Below are positions 32,016 through 42,448 of a stretch of DNA of 64,000 bases, one piece after another. The stretch spans positions 32,001-96,000 of the forward strand of contig CAWDKY010000015.1 in assembly GCA_963802945.1 (NCBI GenBank). The letters run 5' to 3'. Position 1 is the first letter of the stretch. Each line of letters begins with the position of its first letter. The stretch comes from an uncultured delta proteobacterium. Its GTDB lineage: Bacteria; Desulfobacterota; RBG-13-43-22. Under the pieces are notes generated by a model. The model made no database searches and was not told the DNA's origin. It saw only the letters and a program-made list of their open reading frames with translations. Made by a program: the position numbers and the translations under genes.

Positions 32016-32948
32016 ATGGACCTGACCTTTGAGCAAATCAACGCCTTTTATGCCGTGGCCACCACAGGCAGTTTTTCATCCGCAGCAGAAAAGATCTTCC
32101 GGACCCAGTCAGCGGTCAGCATCCAGATTGCCCGTCTGGAAAAGACCATCGGCCTTCGATTGTTTCACCGGACCACTAAAAGCATCGAACTGACCGAAGC
32201 CGGAAAAATATTTTTAGATTATGTCGAAAAGATTCGCAGTCTTTTGGAAGAAGCCCAACAGGAATTGCTCGATCTGGAAAAGATGGAGCGGGGAAGACTT
32301 TCCATTTCCACTTCGGACACAACGGCCTGTTACCTGCTTCCAGGGATTCTGCAAACCTATAAGGACCATTATCCGGGGATTGAGGTTGTCGTGCGCAACT
32401 CAACATCGCTTCAGACCATAGAAAAGGTTATGAACAATGAGGTGGATCTCGGTATCGCCACCCTGGCCTTTTTAAAGCCGGGGCTTGAGGTGATCCCTTT
32501 GTTTTCCAGATTCGATGTGGTAATCTGCCATCCGGACCATCCGCTGGCCAATCGAAAGCAGGTCTATTTAAAAGATTTGGAAAAGCATATCTGCCTTCTT
32601 TTGGATGACCATTGTTCTTCCCGGCGGATTTTGGATCAAGCCTGTCTGTCGGCCGGGGTGAAACTGCCCATTTCCATGGAGCTCAGCTCTATAGAGGTGA
32701 TTAAAAACTTAGTCATGATCAAGTCCGGGATATCCATTGTCCCGGAAATCTCTATTCGAAAAGAGGTCCAGGCCGGCCTGCTGTCGGCCATAAAAATAAG
32801 GGATTTTCGCCCAAACCGTCAAATCAGGATGGGGGTGATCTACAAGAAAAACCGCTATCTTTCCTTGGCCGCTCAAAGTTTTTTGAATGAACTGCAGGAA
32901 AGAAGGAATATTATGAAAGTCTCGGAGGATGAAAGACCACTCATTTGA
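32016..32948 (+). CDS. LysR family transcriptional regulator
   Basis: SFSSAAEKIFRTQSAVSIQIARLE, LTEAG. Confidence 0.95.
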   Translation: MDLTFEQINAFYAVATTGSFSSAAEKIFRTQSAVSIQIARLEKTIGLRLFHRTTKSIELTEAGKIFLDYVEKIRSLLEEAQQELLDLEKMERGRLSISTSDTTACYLLPGILQTYKDHYPGIEVVVRNSTSLQTIEKVMNNEVDLGIATLAFLKPGLEVIPLFSRFDVVICHPDHPLANRKQVYLKDLEKHICLLLDDHCSSRRILDQACLSAGVKLPISMELSSIEVIKNLVMIKSGISIVPEISIRKEVQAGLLSAIKIRDFRPNRQIRMGVIYKKNRYLSLAAQSFLNELQERRNIMKVSEDERPLI

Positions 32949-33145
32949 CAAGACGAGGGAGAACCAGTAAAATTGCTCATCTGTTTTTTCTTCATTCTAA
33001 ATATAGCGAGCCCATTCCCCGCAGCTAGCTAAGTGGATCAGCGAGCAAACTTTAAACAATAAATCTTTACCTTACTTAGAAGATTCCCTGTACCTTGTTT
33101 CAGAGAGCTTCAATTTTTTAATAAATAATTAAGGAGGTCATTTGA

Positions 33146-34423
33146 ATGACTTTGGCATTGGAAGGAATCAAGGTTGTTGATCTATCACAAGTAGCGGCCG
33201 TTCCCATGTGTGCCCGTCATCTGGCCGATTTCGGAGCGGATGTCATCCATATAGAAAATCTCGCTGGAGACTCTTGGCGCAGGTATCAGGACAGTCAGGT
33301 AAAGGCTATGAACGGCGCACCATCGGAATTCAACTATATGTGGGAGGTTTACAACCGCAACAAGAGAAGCCTTGCGCTCAATATTGCCGAGGAGAGCGGA
33401 CGCAACGTGCTCGACAAGCTGCTTTCCAAGGCGGACGTGTTCCTGACCAATCTGCGGGGATACGAACTGGAACGCTTTCGACTTTCCTACGAAGATATCA
33501 AGGCTATAAATCCCCGCATCATTGGCGGATATCTGTCCGGCTACGGAACCAAGGGCCCTGATAAAGACTCCCCAGCTTATGATATGACCGCCTACTGGGA
33601 GCGGTCGGGAATAGCCTATGCCTTCTCGCTACCGGGCGTACCGGTCATGGGATTTCGAGCAGGCTTTGGGGACAACCTGGCGGGTTTGGCCCTGGCCCAC
33701 GGTGTCATGACGGCCCTCTATGTGCGGGAACGGACGGGAAAAGGCCAGGAAATCAATGTATCCCTCTTGCATGCGGGACTATATCAGCTATCTTACGACA
33801 TCGCCGGGGCGCTGAACACCGGGCTTGATTTTGCCGACTGGCGGGAAAACCCGCCCCAAGGCATGATTGACCAGGCTCAGCTAGCCAACCTGCAGATCGG
33901 CCTTTTCTATGCCGGTAAGGCGATCAATCCTTTAGCGGCTGTTTACGTAACGAAAGACGGACGTTTCTTTCTTTTTTTGTCGCTTCAGCCGGACCGTTAC
34001 TGGAAAAGATTCTGCTTGGCCATCGGGAGGGAAGACCTGGCTAATGACTCGAGGTATCAGACGGAAGATGGCAGGGCGCCTTACAATCTGGCCTTGCGGC
34101 AGACCATCGGGGAGACCTTTATGACCAAGACGTACGCTGAATGGGTGCCGGTTCTGGAAGGGATGCCCTTCGCGCCCATTCAGAGCGTAAAGGAAGCCGC
34201 CAACGACCCACAGGCCCAGGCTACGGGCTGTTTCATAAGCTATGAACATCCCAGGCACGGCCAGGTTCACAATCTGGCCAGCCCGGTCAATATGAGCGAG
34301 ACCCCTGCCAGCTACCGAATGCCGGCCCCGGAGTTAGGGCAGCACACCGAAGAGGTATTGCTTGAATACGGTTTCAGACCGGAAGACATTGTCAGGTTTA
34401 AGGAGCAGGGAATAATTAAATAA
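33146..34423 (+). CDS. CoA-transferase family III (CaiB/BaiF)
   Basis: LEGIKVVDL, LADFGADVIHIE, NRNKRS, PAPELGQHT. Confidence 0.93.
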   Translation: MTLALEGIKVVDLSQVAAVPMCARHLADFGADVIHIENLAGDSWRRYQDSQVKAMNGAPSEFNYMWEVYNRNKRSLALNIAEESGRNVLDKLLSKADVFLTNLRGYELERFRLSYEDIKAINPRIIGGYLSGYGTKGPDKDSPAYDMTAYWERSGIAYAFSLPGVPVMGFRAGFGDNLAGLALAHGVMTALYVRERTGKGQEINVSLLHAGLYQLSYDIAGALNTGLDFADWRENPPQGMIDQAQLANLQIGLFYAGKAINPLAAVYVTKDGRFFLFLSLQPDRYWKRFCLAIGREDLANDSRYQTEDGRAPYNLALRQTIGETFMTKTYAEWVPVLEGMPFAPIQSVKEAANDPQAQATGCFISYEHPRHGQVHNLASPVNMSETPASYRMPAPELGQHTEEVLLEYGFRPEDIVRFKEQGIIK

Positions 34424-34740
34424 GTGGCAAAACAACCGGAACGCGCCGAACGCACGGGATGGCTGGCCACCGCTATCCTGGAAGGTTTTATGGCCTTCTG
34501 CGCAGCTGCTATATTATTGAGTGCCCCTTATTTTATGGGTATTTTCACCGTTCATTCCGCAGGGGGCGATAAGTGAAAATGGACTCAAGGATTCCGTAGT
34601 TTTTTTGCCTTTTAAATAAAAAAGAAGATTAAGGGCTGCCCTAACTGATCGCCCTACTGTCCAACGGGGCGGTTAGAAGTTTGTGGATTTTATCGGGGAA
34701 TAAAATAGCCCAAAAGCAAGCAAAGACATCCCGAACAGGA

Positions 34741-35187
34741 CTACAGGATACTTCTAAAACCAATAAGGCTTTTCCGCCAATAGCTCGCATTAATATCATC
34801 TACAGCAACACCCCTTGACTTTGAGGCGTGAATAAAATCCTTTTTGTTGATCATTATTCCAGCATGGAGATCATTTTTTATTTTAAAAAATACAAGATCG
34901 CCGGGTTGAACCATATCGCCGGATAGGCCGGAGCCGGACTTTATTTGCCCCTCCGTCATGACAGGGAGCGTTAGGCCGACTTTTTGATATACAAAATAAA
35001 TAAAGCCGCTGCAGTCGAAGGCGTCCGGCCCCTTTGCCCCGTTTTTATAAGGCTTCCCGAGCAGATTAAAAGCCTGCCGAATGATCTCGTTTCGTGTCCC
35101 TGTTTCTGTTTCATAAACCTTAACCTGTTTAGGAGCGCACCCATACCAGAAGGCAAAAACTGCCATGATTAATACTAACCGTGGCAA
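34741..35187 (-). CDS. NlpC/P60 lipoprotein
   Basis: Lipobox-like YGC, FDCSGF, PGDLVFF, HAGI, FIHAS. Confidence 0.9.
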   Translation of the reverse strand: MPRLVLIMAVFAFWYGCAPKQVKVYETETGTRNEIIRQAFNLLGKPYKNGAKGPDAFDCSGFIYFVYQKVGLTLPVMTEGQIKSGSGLSGDMVQPGDLVFFKIKNDLHAGIMINKKDFIHASKSRGVAVDDINASYWRKSLIGFRSIL

Positions 35188-35341
35188 AATATTTTTTATA
35201 AAAGAAATATTACATTCCCCCTATCGTATCTTATTTGATAAAAATCGCTTTGGGATAGAATGAAACTAGAATAATTGGGATGATCTTTGTCATCATAGAG
35301 TACCCCTAAAGACGCCGGAGGTTATCTGTAAGCGGTGTACA

Positions 35342-35923
35342 TCATTTTTTTAGATTAGTCTTCACTCTCGCCTTATGTCTTCTGAACCAATGGACGCTCC
35401 AAATAATTGCGCCTATTACCGCCAGCGCAAGAAACAGGTACGACTCATAACGTTTAAGCTTGCCTAGGAACAATTCTACCACATGGCCGAACAGATATCC
35501 ACAAACAGCAATTAAAACGGCCCAAAGGAATGCCCCAAGAATATTCAAGACAAGGAAGCGCACAGGTGAGATATGGCTTGCACCGAGTAAGAAAGGGGTT
35601 ATGGTACGAAAACCATAGAGGAATCGAAATCCCAAGAGAATCAGCAACTGATGTCTGCGCATGAGATCAAACACCCAAGCGGACCTGGATTTCCAATAGG
35701 GTCGCTTTTCCAAAACTGTCGTGCCCTTGATGCGACCAAGATAGAAGTAAAGCTGATCGCCGCACAAGGTCCCCAGGAATCCATAAACCACAACCCATAG
35801 CAGCTTAAGATAGCCCTGGTGGGTAGCGAAACCTGCCAAAACAAGGATGGTTTCACCTTCAAAGAAAGTGCCTATGGTGATGGCAGCATATCCATAGGTC
35901 GATATGAGTACTTCAAGTGACAT
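35342..35923 (-). CDS. DedA family membrane protein
   Basis: EGE..LAGF, GDQLYFYLGR, RFLYGFR. Confidence 0.92.
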   Translation of the reverse strand: MSLEVLISTYGYAAITIGTFFEGETILVLAGFATHQGYLKLLWVVVYGFLGTLCGDQLYFYLGRIKGTTVLEKRPYWKSRSAWVFDLMRRHQLLILLGFRFLYGFRTITPFLLGASHISPVRFLVLNILGAFLWAVLIAVCGYLFGHVVELFLGKLKRYESYLFLALAVIGAIIWSVHWFRRHKARVKTNLKK

Positions 35924-36092
35924 GATCCTACTCGGTCAACAATGCAATGAGAAATGGCGGCTGGCGGCCGGTTAACATCCTCTGAATGGTATGAGGTCGG
36001 GCCAGGCCAGCCCCTTTTATTTATTCATTTCCATTAGGCTCAGCTAATTGGTCCCTTAATGCAGGCCGTCCCCTTTGACTTCCTTTTAAAAG

Positions 36093-36329
36093 TTAGCCCT
36101 TCTCTTGTTTGATCAACTTGGTGATTTCTCCTTCATTGGGAAATCGTTGAACTTCAATATTTTTTTTAGAGAAGATCAACTTGCCGTTCCATTTAACATC
36201 GAAGATACCGCCACCGCCCCTGATCAATTTAATTTTTGAATCAGGATAATTGGCCTTCAATTCCGCTTCTACCCGAGAAGCTTGAGGCAAATAGTCTCAA
36301 GCACCACAATATTCAATAGAAATGTTCAT
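36093..36329 (-). CDS. Rdx family (SelT/SelW/SelH) selenoprotein, CxxU
   Basis: AAGGAGG RBS, MNISIEYCGA-TGA(36299-36297)-DYLPQA..., GGGGIFDV, RFP; SECIS gcttct-cgggt-agaagc at 36281-36265. Confidence 0.9.
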
Positions 36330-36385
36330 AACGCCTCCTTTTTTCACCATGGGTAATTAATAGTTTGCCGAAAAACCCATTGTTA

Positions 36386-36565
36386 CAGGTTGCTCAAAAA
36401 GGTTCAGATACAAGGCGCCCGAAACCGGGAACCCGCCCCGAAGGGGTGGGACTGAGCGTTGCCCTTGACGCGAAGAAATCCCGAGGAATGAGTCGTACAT
36501 AGAAGTACGTCGCAATAAGCCTGTCCCGCCGTTGGCGGGATAGATGGGGTTTTTTCAGCAACCTG
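36386..36565. repeat. MITE-like element with TIRs and nested palindromes; partial copy ~25320-25369
   Basis: caggttgctcaaaaa...tttttcagcaacctg; nested cccgccccgaaggggtggga also present (inverted) at ~25331-25350. Confidence 0.65.
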
Positions 36566-36757
36566 CTAATAGGGTTTCCCTGAACCAGAGACAAGAATAC
36601 AACGATTTAGTCACAGAATCAACTGTAAGTGGCCTCGTCATGTAATTTCAACCCTTAGGCCGATATCATCCTATCTTTTTCTCCATTGACTCGCGCCTTG
36701 GCCTATGGGTAAAATGCCGACTTGATCCGGCAATCATGCCCATAAGGAGGAAATACA

Positions 36758-37924
36758 ATGGACGGTTTCAGCTCGAAGAGAGCGCTCAGCTTCACAGAAT
36801 CGGTGATACGGGAAATGACCAGGGTCTGTCTGGCTCACCAGGGTATTAACCTGGCCCAGGGTTTTCCCGATTTTCCCGCGCCTGCCGAGATCAAGGAGGC
36901 AGCCGTTCGAGCCATCCGGGAAGATTTCAATCAATATTCGATTACCTGGGGGACGCCGTCTTTGCGCCGCGCCATTGCGGAAAAATTTTTCCGATACAAC
37001 GGTCTTCAGGTGGACCCCGAAAAGGAAATCACGGTCTGTTGCGGATCGACGGAGGGCATGATTGCATCACTCCTGGCCATCGTTAATCCAGGCGAAGAGG
37101 TGATTATTTTTGAACCTTTTTACGAAAACTACGGACCGGATTCCATTCTCTGTGACGCTGTTCCGAGGTTTATTACGCTGCATGAGCCTGACTGGCATTT
37201 CGATGAAACGGAACTTGGGAAGGCCTTCAAGAACAAGACCAAGGCCATTGTTATCAATACCCCGAATAACCCGACCGGCAAGGTGTTCTCACGGGAAGAG
37301 CTTACCTTTATCGCCGGACTCTGCCAGAAATGGGGAGTGGTTGCCGTAACCGATGAAATCTATGAACACATCCTCTACGACGGAGCAAAACACATCAGCA
37401 TTGCTTCCTTGCCGGGCATGGAAGAGATGACCGTTACCATCAACTCCATCTCAAAAACTTACAGCCTCACCGGATGGAGAGTAGGCTGGGCTATCGCCTC
37501 CCCGGCCATTACAGCGTCCATCCGCAAGGTTCATGATTTCCTTACCGTCGGAGCACCTCATCCACTTCAGGAGGCAGCAGCCCAGGCTTTGAAAAGCAGC
37601 GAATCGTATTACGAACATCTGGCGGCGGAATATACGAAAAAGCGGGATTTCCTCTTTTCGGCCCTTATCGGTGCCGGCTTTAAGGCTTTTAAACCTCAGG
37701 GGGCGTATTACATCATGACTGATGTGGGTCACTGGGGGGTAAGCGATGATACGGCTTTCGCCCTTCAGTTGATCAAGGAGGCCAAAGTGGCGACAGTGCC
37801 GGGGAGCGCCTTTTACAGCACCCCCGAACTTGGAAGGTCAAAGGTTAGATCCTGTTTTCCGAAAAAGATGGAGACGTTACTTGCGGCCGCCGAAGGCCTT
37901 CGCAACTTCCGAAATAAGCAGTGA
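36758..37924 (+). CDS. PLP-dependent aminotransferase class I/II
   Basis: INLAQGFPD, NTPNNPTG, DEIYE, SISKTYSLTGWRVG. Confidence 0.95.
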   Translation: MDGFSSKRALSFTESVIREMTRVCLAHQGINLAQGFPDFPAPAEIKEAAVRAIREDFNQYSITWGTPSLRRAIAEKFFRYNGLQVDPEKEITVCCGSTEGMIASLLAIVNPGEEVIIFEPFYENYGPDSILCDAVPRFITLHEPDWHFDETELGKAFKNKTKAIVINTPNNPTGKVFSREELTFIAGLCQKWGVVAVTDEIYEHILYDGAKHISIASLPGMEEMTVTINSISKTYSLTGWRVGWAIASPAITASIRKVHDFLTVGAPHPLQEAAAQALKSSESYYEHLAAEYTKKRDFLFSALIGAGFKAFKPQGAYYIMTDVGHWGVSDDTAFALQLIKEAKVATVPGSAFYSTPELGRSKVRSCFPKKMETLLAAAEGLRNFRNKQ

Positions 37925-38095
37925 GCCTCCCGAAGTTGATGCTGTGCCAAACCCGATTTCACACGAATTATTTTTAAATATTCCCCCGACCTTTCAATCC
38001 CTTCGTATGATCCGACTCCAATTAAGATAATCAGAATTCGATGTCAAGGATATCGGTATTATATCCCTGGAATACCGCATATCAAAGAATTACCC

Positions 38096-39478
38096 CTAAT
38101 CTAATCTTTTCAAAACTTCACGCGCTGCCACGACTCCTGAAATCGAGGCTTGGATCAACCCGCGGCTTACTCCTGCACCGTCCCCAACGGCGAAAAGATT
38201 CTTAACTTCCGTTTCCAGGCCGGAGGTAAGCTTGAGTTTCATGGAATAGAACTTGACCTCTACCCCATACAGGAGCGTATCACCGGAGTTCACTCCAGGG
38301 GCCACATTATCGAGCACTTCGAGCATCTCCATAAGGTTGCTCAGATGCCGGTAGGGCAGCACGAAGCTCAGGTCTCCCGGTGTAGCCTCTTCCAGGGTGG
38401 GGCGCACGGAGCCCTCGGCTATCCTCTCCGGCGTAGACCGTCTGCCCATCTTCAGATCTCCGAGGCGTTGGACGATGACCCCACCACCAATCAGGTTGGC
38501 TAAACCGGCGATGTATTTCCCATAGGATATAGGGTCATTAAAGGGTCTGGTAAAATCGGTACTCACCAGGAGGGCAAAGTTCGTATTTTCCGTCTTTTTA
38601 TTTTTGTAGCTGTGCCCGTTGACGCTGAATATGCCTTCGCTGTATTCCTTGACCACCTCTCCATAGGGATTCATGCAAAAGGTTCTGATTTTGTCTTGAA
38701 ATTTTTTTGAGAAATAGATGAACTTTCCCTCATAGGCCACGTCGGTTAAATTTTTCAGAATAGCTGCCGGAAGTTCAACCCTGACCCCGATATCGACCGG
38801 ATTCTTCTGGACCGAAAGGTTCAGCCGTTTGGCTTCTCCGGAAAGCCAGGTTGATCCTTCCCGGCCAACGGCGGTGACAACAAGCCGTGCATCAAAGGTC
38901 CGCCCGTCTTCCGTCATAACCCCGGAAACAGAGCCATCGACAGTCCGGATCTGCTGTACCGGAGAATCGAAGATCAAATCGACTTTACCATCCAGCTCAT
39001 CCCGAATTTTGCGCAGCACTTCTCCGCAAACTTCTGTGCCGATATGCCGTATCAATGCGGGAATAAGCTCCAGATTATACCCGGCAGCTTTTCTCTTCAG
39101 ACGGACCAGGGCGTCTTTGTCCTGCCCATGAATATCTCCCCCGGCCCCAAAAAAGCGGTAAACCGAATCCACATATTCGATCAGAACGGCCAAAGCTTCT
39201 TCGGAAACATACTCCTTTAACCATCCCCCGAATTCCGAGGTCAGGGTGAGTTTCCCATCGCTATAGGCCCCGGCCCCTCCCCAGCCGCAGAGGATACTGC
39301 AGAGTTCGCACTGGACACAGGGAATGGATGTCCCGTTTATGGGACAATTTCTGTCCTTGATGTCGCTGCCTTTCTCGATCATGAGGATTTTGAGACGGGA
39401 ATTCTTAATGAGCTCCAGGGCGGCAAATATCCCCGCCGGCCCGGTACCGATAATGATGACATCGTAAGAGGGTGACAT
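38096..39478 (-). CDS. FAD-dependent oxidoreductase (uncharacterised dehydrogenase family)
   Basis: IIGTGPAG, GWGGAGAYSDGK, RTFCMNP, VNGHS, GDGAGVSRG. Confidence 0.88.
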   Translation of the reverse strand: MSPSYDVIIIGTGPAGIFAALELIKNSRLKILMIEKGSDIKDRNCPINGTSIPCVQCELCSILCGWGGAGAYSDGKLTLTSEFGGWLKEYVSEEALAVLIEYVDSVYRFFGAGGDIHGQDKDALVRLKRKAAGYNLELIPALIRHIGTEVCGEVLRKIRDELDGKVDLIFDSPVQQIRTVDGSVSGVMTEDGRTFDARLVVTAVGREGSTWLSGEAKRLNLSVQKNPVDIGVRVELPAAILKNLTDVAYEGKFIYFSKKFQDKIRTFCMNPYGEVVKEYSEGIFSVNGHSYKNKKTENTNFALLVSTDFTRPFNDPISYGKYIAGLANLIGGGVIVQRLGDLKMGRRSTPERIAEGSVRPTLEEATPGDLSFVLPYRHLSNLMEMLEVLDNVAPGVNSGDTLLYGVEVKFYSMKLKLTSGLETEVKNLFAVGDGAGVSRGLIQASISGVVAAREVLKRLD

Positions 39479-39653
39479 CGTTAATCACAATCCCTAAAGG
39501 TTATTCCCGGATTCTGGGTTATCATGGATGTTGATGCTGTTCCAAATCCAATTTCGCACGAATCATTTTATATATATTCCCCCGGGCCTTCAATCCCCTC
39601 GAATGGCCCGATCCTCATTAGCCTAATTGAGTGAAATCAATGGTAGGCCGAAA

Positions 39654-39947
39654 CTATTCCGCATGCAAGGCTTCAAGAACAGCTCGTGGATTCTTTGATG
39701 CAATGCGCAATAATGCTTTCGCAGGCCCTTCCGGTTTCCTTCTGCCTTGTTCCCAATTCTGCAAGGTTCGAATACTGACTCCCATTATAAGAGCGAATTC
39801 ACTCTGTGAAACGTTGAGTCCCTCTCTCACATTCTTGATTTCAGGAGGCTTTATTTCATAAATACGACTTGGCTTCCTATGTCCTGTCTTAATCTCGCCG
39901 GCTTCTTTTATACTCGCCAGCAATTTATCAAAGTGTTCCTTTTTCAT
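39654..39947 (-). CDS. HTH antitoxin (HigA/NadS-like)
   Basis: SQSEFA..VSIRTLQNWEQGRRKP; ATGA overlap with toxin. Confidence 0.88.
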   Translation of the reverse strand: MKKEHFDKLLASIKEAGEIKTGHRKPSRIYEIKPPEIKNVREGLNVSQSEFALIMGVSIRTLQNWEQGRRKPEGPAKALLRIASKNPRAVLEALHAE

Positions 39948-40258
39948 AATAACATCTCCTTTACCGTTCTCCTGAGCAGCTTTAGCTGCTCTTTTGTCAG
40001 ATCTTCTTGTTCGGCCTTTCTGTAGGGGAAAAGCATAAATATTGTGTCAGGAGCGCTCCAATAGTAAATGATCCGCAATGCCCCACGTTTTCCGGTACCA
40101 GGAAGACTCCAGCGAATTTTTCGTAAACCTCCACTCCCTCTGATTAAACTTCCAGCATCCGGTCGTAGCATCAAAGCTGTTTGTAGCATCCGATAACTAT
40201 CATCCGAAAGCAGGGGTTCAATTTCCTTTGTACAAATGGAAGTTTCAACAAATATCAT
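39944..40258 (-). CDS. RelE/HigB family toxin
   Basis: MIFVET, GSGGLRKIRW..GKRGALRIIYY. Confidence 0.88.
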   Translation of the reverse strand: MIFVETSICTKEIEPLLSDDSYRMLQTALMLRPDAGSLIRGSGGLRKIRWSLPGTGKRGALRIIYYWSAPDTIFMLFPYRKAEQEDLTKEQLKLLRRTVKEMLL

Positions 40259-40413
40259 AGTCGCATTATACGCCAATGGCGCATATTGTCAAGAGGACTT
40301 TCTTTTTTATTGTCTAACAGAAAGTTAAGAGGGAGCTTCCTGGAGCTGATGCTGTGTCAGACCGATTTCGCACAAAATTAGAAAAATTATAAAGCAGAAT
40401 TTGAGCTGTTATT

Positions 40414-40791
40414 TTAGTTTTTCTTCGGAAAATATTTTACTCCCGACATATTTTTAAAATCTGCATCCTGAGTCCAGAGAACGGCATTAAATTCCCTTGC
40501 TGTTGCCAGAATAATTCCATCGGCCATTGGAAGATTATGCTCCAAACTTAACTTTGAAGCGGCAATCGCCAGAGAAGACGTTAGATCCACAACCGTACCT
40601 TTTTGCATAGCCATGGCTGCCTGGAGCGCATCATTCTCATTGGATTCCCGAAGGACTACTTTGAAAACCTCATAGATCGTTACCGTTGGGACAATAAGCG
40701 AAGCCGCATCCCTCAAAGGGGATATGAAATGTTTGGCATTAGGCTCATCCGCAAAATAAGCAAGCCAACCGGAAGAATCGACGATATTCAT
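40414..40791 (-). CDS. vapC: VapC PIN-domain toxin
   Basis: VDSSGW, YEV, MAD, WTQDADF. Confidence 0.9.
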   Translation of the reverse strand: MNIVDSSGWLAYFADEPNAKHFISPLRDAASLIVPTVTIYEVFKVVLRESNENDALQAAMAMQKGTVVDLTSSLAIAASKLSLEHNLPMADGIILATAREFNAVLWTQDADFKNMSGVKYFPKKN

Positions 40792-40994
40792 ACTCTGTCT
40801 TTCTCCCGTTTAAACTCCGTATTGATGCCTTTTAGGAATCCGCGGAGTTCTTTGAAGTCCCGTTCCGGGATGAACTCAATCCGTCCCTCATATTCTACAA
40901 CCTGCATTCTCTGACCTGGACGAAGATTCAGGGCATCCCTTACTGTTTTGGGTATTACGACTTGATATTTTGGTGATACGGTTACTGTTTGCAT
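40788..40994 (-). CDS. AbrB/MazE family antitoxin
   Basis: VTVSPKYQVVIPK..R..LNLRPG. Confidence 0.9.
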   Translation of the reverse strand: MQTVTVSPKYQVVIPKTVRDALNLRPGQRMQVVEYEGRIEFIPERDFKELRGFLKGINTEFKREKDRV

Positions 40995-41228
40995 ACCAAA
41001 ACTCCCATCGATTATTTTCCGTATTACAATAGCATGATCGATATGATTTTGTCAACATTTTTCATGGTATTGGTTGAGTTTGACTCGGGCCAGGGCCAGC
41101 CCCTTTTATTGTATTGAGCATCCTGAAACGGATGCTGTGCCAAATCCAATTTCGCACGAATCATTTTTTATATATTCCCACGAGCTTTCAACCCCATAGG
41201 ATGGTCCGATCCTCCAATAACACCAGAA

Positions 41229-41528
41229 TTAGCCTTGAGCGGCTTCGGCATGCAACTTCAACCCTAATGCCGTCATAACCTTGAGGATGGTGTCAAAACC
41301 GGGACTACGCTCGCCTGAAAGAGCCTTATAAAGACTTTCTCTGGACAGGCCGGCATCACGAGCGACCTGCGCCATGCCCCTAGCGCGGGCAATATCGCCC
41401 AGTGCCTTGGCAATGAAGGCGGCATCGCCGTTAGCTTCCTCAAAGCAAGCCTCAAGATAGGCTGCCATTTCCTCTGGAGTTCGGAGGTGATCTGCGACAT
41501 CATAGCGAGTGGTCTTTGTCTTTTTCAT
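41229..41528 (-). CDS. Addiction module antidote protein (HTH)
   Basis: YDVADHL, ALGDIARARGM, GLSRESLYKALS. Confidence 0.9.
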   Translation of the reverse strand: MKKTKTTRYDVADHLRTPEEMAAYLEACFEEANGDAAFIAKALGDIARARGMAQVARDAGLSRESLYKALSGERSPGFDTILKVMTALGLKLHAEAAQG

Positions 41529-41537
41529 TTTTTGCTC

Positions 41538-41828
41538 CTATAAGTTTCGTGCGAGGCGTAATGCAGTTTTAATGTCTGCGTCCTGGGTCCGTTTGTCCCC
41601 TCCAGCCAGTAAAATTACAACTGTGCGCCCACGCATTGTAAAATATACCCGGTAACCAGGGCCATAATCGATTCGTAATTCAGAAACGCCTTCCCCCACC
41701 GGTCTGACATCCCCCGGATTCCCCGTTGCAAGGCGCTCGGTCCTGACCATTACACGCGCACGGGCATGAATGTCCTTAAGGTTATCAAGCCATTGGGCAT
41801 AAGTTTCCGTTTTACGGATTTCAAGCAT
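41538..41828 (-). CDS. Addiction module killer protein (RelE/ParE family)
   Basis: GNPGD..PVGEGVSELRIDYGPGYRVY, GGDK. Confidence 0.9.
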   Translation of the reverse strand: MLEIRKTETYAQWLDNLKDIHARARVMVRTERLATGNPGDVRPVGEGVSELRIDYGPGYRVYFTMRGRTVVILLAGGDKRTQDADIKTALRLARNL

Positions 41829-42382
41829 AGTGAATTGTAGCCATAAGGCTACACCGTGTCAATGCTTTTTTTATTTTTATTGCTCAAGAAGGAAATGGGG
41901 TACGGCCAGACTAGACTCTTTAATTGTATTGAGTATCTTAAGGATGATACCATGACAAATTTTATTGATCATGAAACACGTTATATTATCTCCTCGTTAA
42001 TTCAATCCGTTCAGATGGTCCGACTCCAATTAAGACAATAAGACCTCGATGTCAAGAAAATTAGTATTATGTCCCCGGAATACCGTAGAAGGAATGTCTA
42101 AGCTGTAACAGGTTATGACATCATTCTGAGAGATAAAAAATTTTTCAAGGTGATGCTTCCATCCTTGTTCTCTTTGGATTGTGTTATACAAACAAGACAA
42201 ATGAGTGTTGAGCACTGCGATTCGCTGAAGGCTGATACTGTCTATTGAGTCAAATCCCCCATCGGTGCGCGTCCTTAACTGGAGTCTGACCTCGTTATAG
42301 TCGTTGCACCTTCCTGACAAATATTGCCTGACTACCCTTGGAAGTTCAATGCGCCGCTAAGATATGGAGCATTTTAAACCTA

Positions 42383-42428
42383 TTGACATAGATTCTCTTC
42401 TGTAGTAATATTAAAATCTGTTAAACAG
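42383..42428 (+). promoter_or_regulatory. Sigma70 promoter and candidate operator for the nuoEFG-like operon
   Basis: TTGACA-N17-TAATAT (42383-42411); inverted repeat ctgttaaacag 42418-42428. Confidence 0.6.
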
Positions 42429-42448
42429 TAAAACATAAGGAGTACTAA

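Larger units (their letters stand above)
37938..42085. repeat. Five direct copies of a conserved intergenic repeat separating cargo genes (37938-38077, 39533-39620, 40348-40380, 41131-41220, ~41943-42085)
   Basis: gatgctgtgccaaa.cc.atttcgcacgaat...tattccc...ttcaatccc...atggtccgactccaatt shared among copies. Confidence 0.85.

Noticed and set aside
37938-42085. CRISPR array interpretation of the direct repeats
   Set aside because: Spacers are 0.7-1.5 kb and contain genes, repeats are degenerate and variable in length, no cas genes.
42030-42320. ORF 42030-42320(-) and other short ORFs over repeat copies
   Set aside because: Translations of repeat/intergenic DNA; equivalent frames have stops in other copies.
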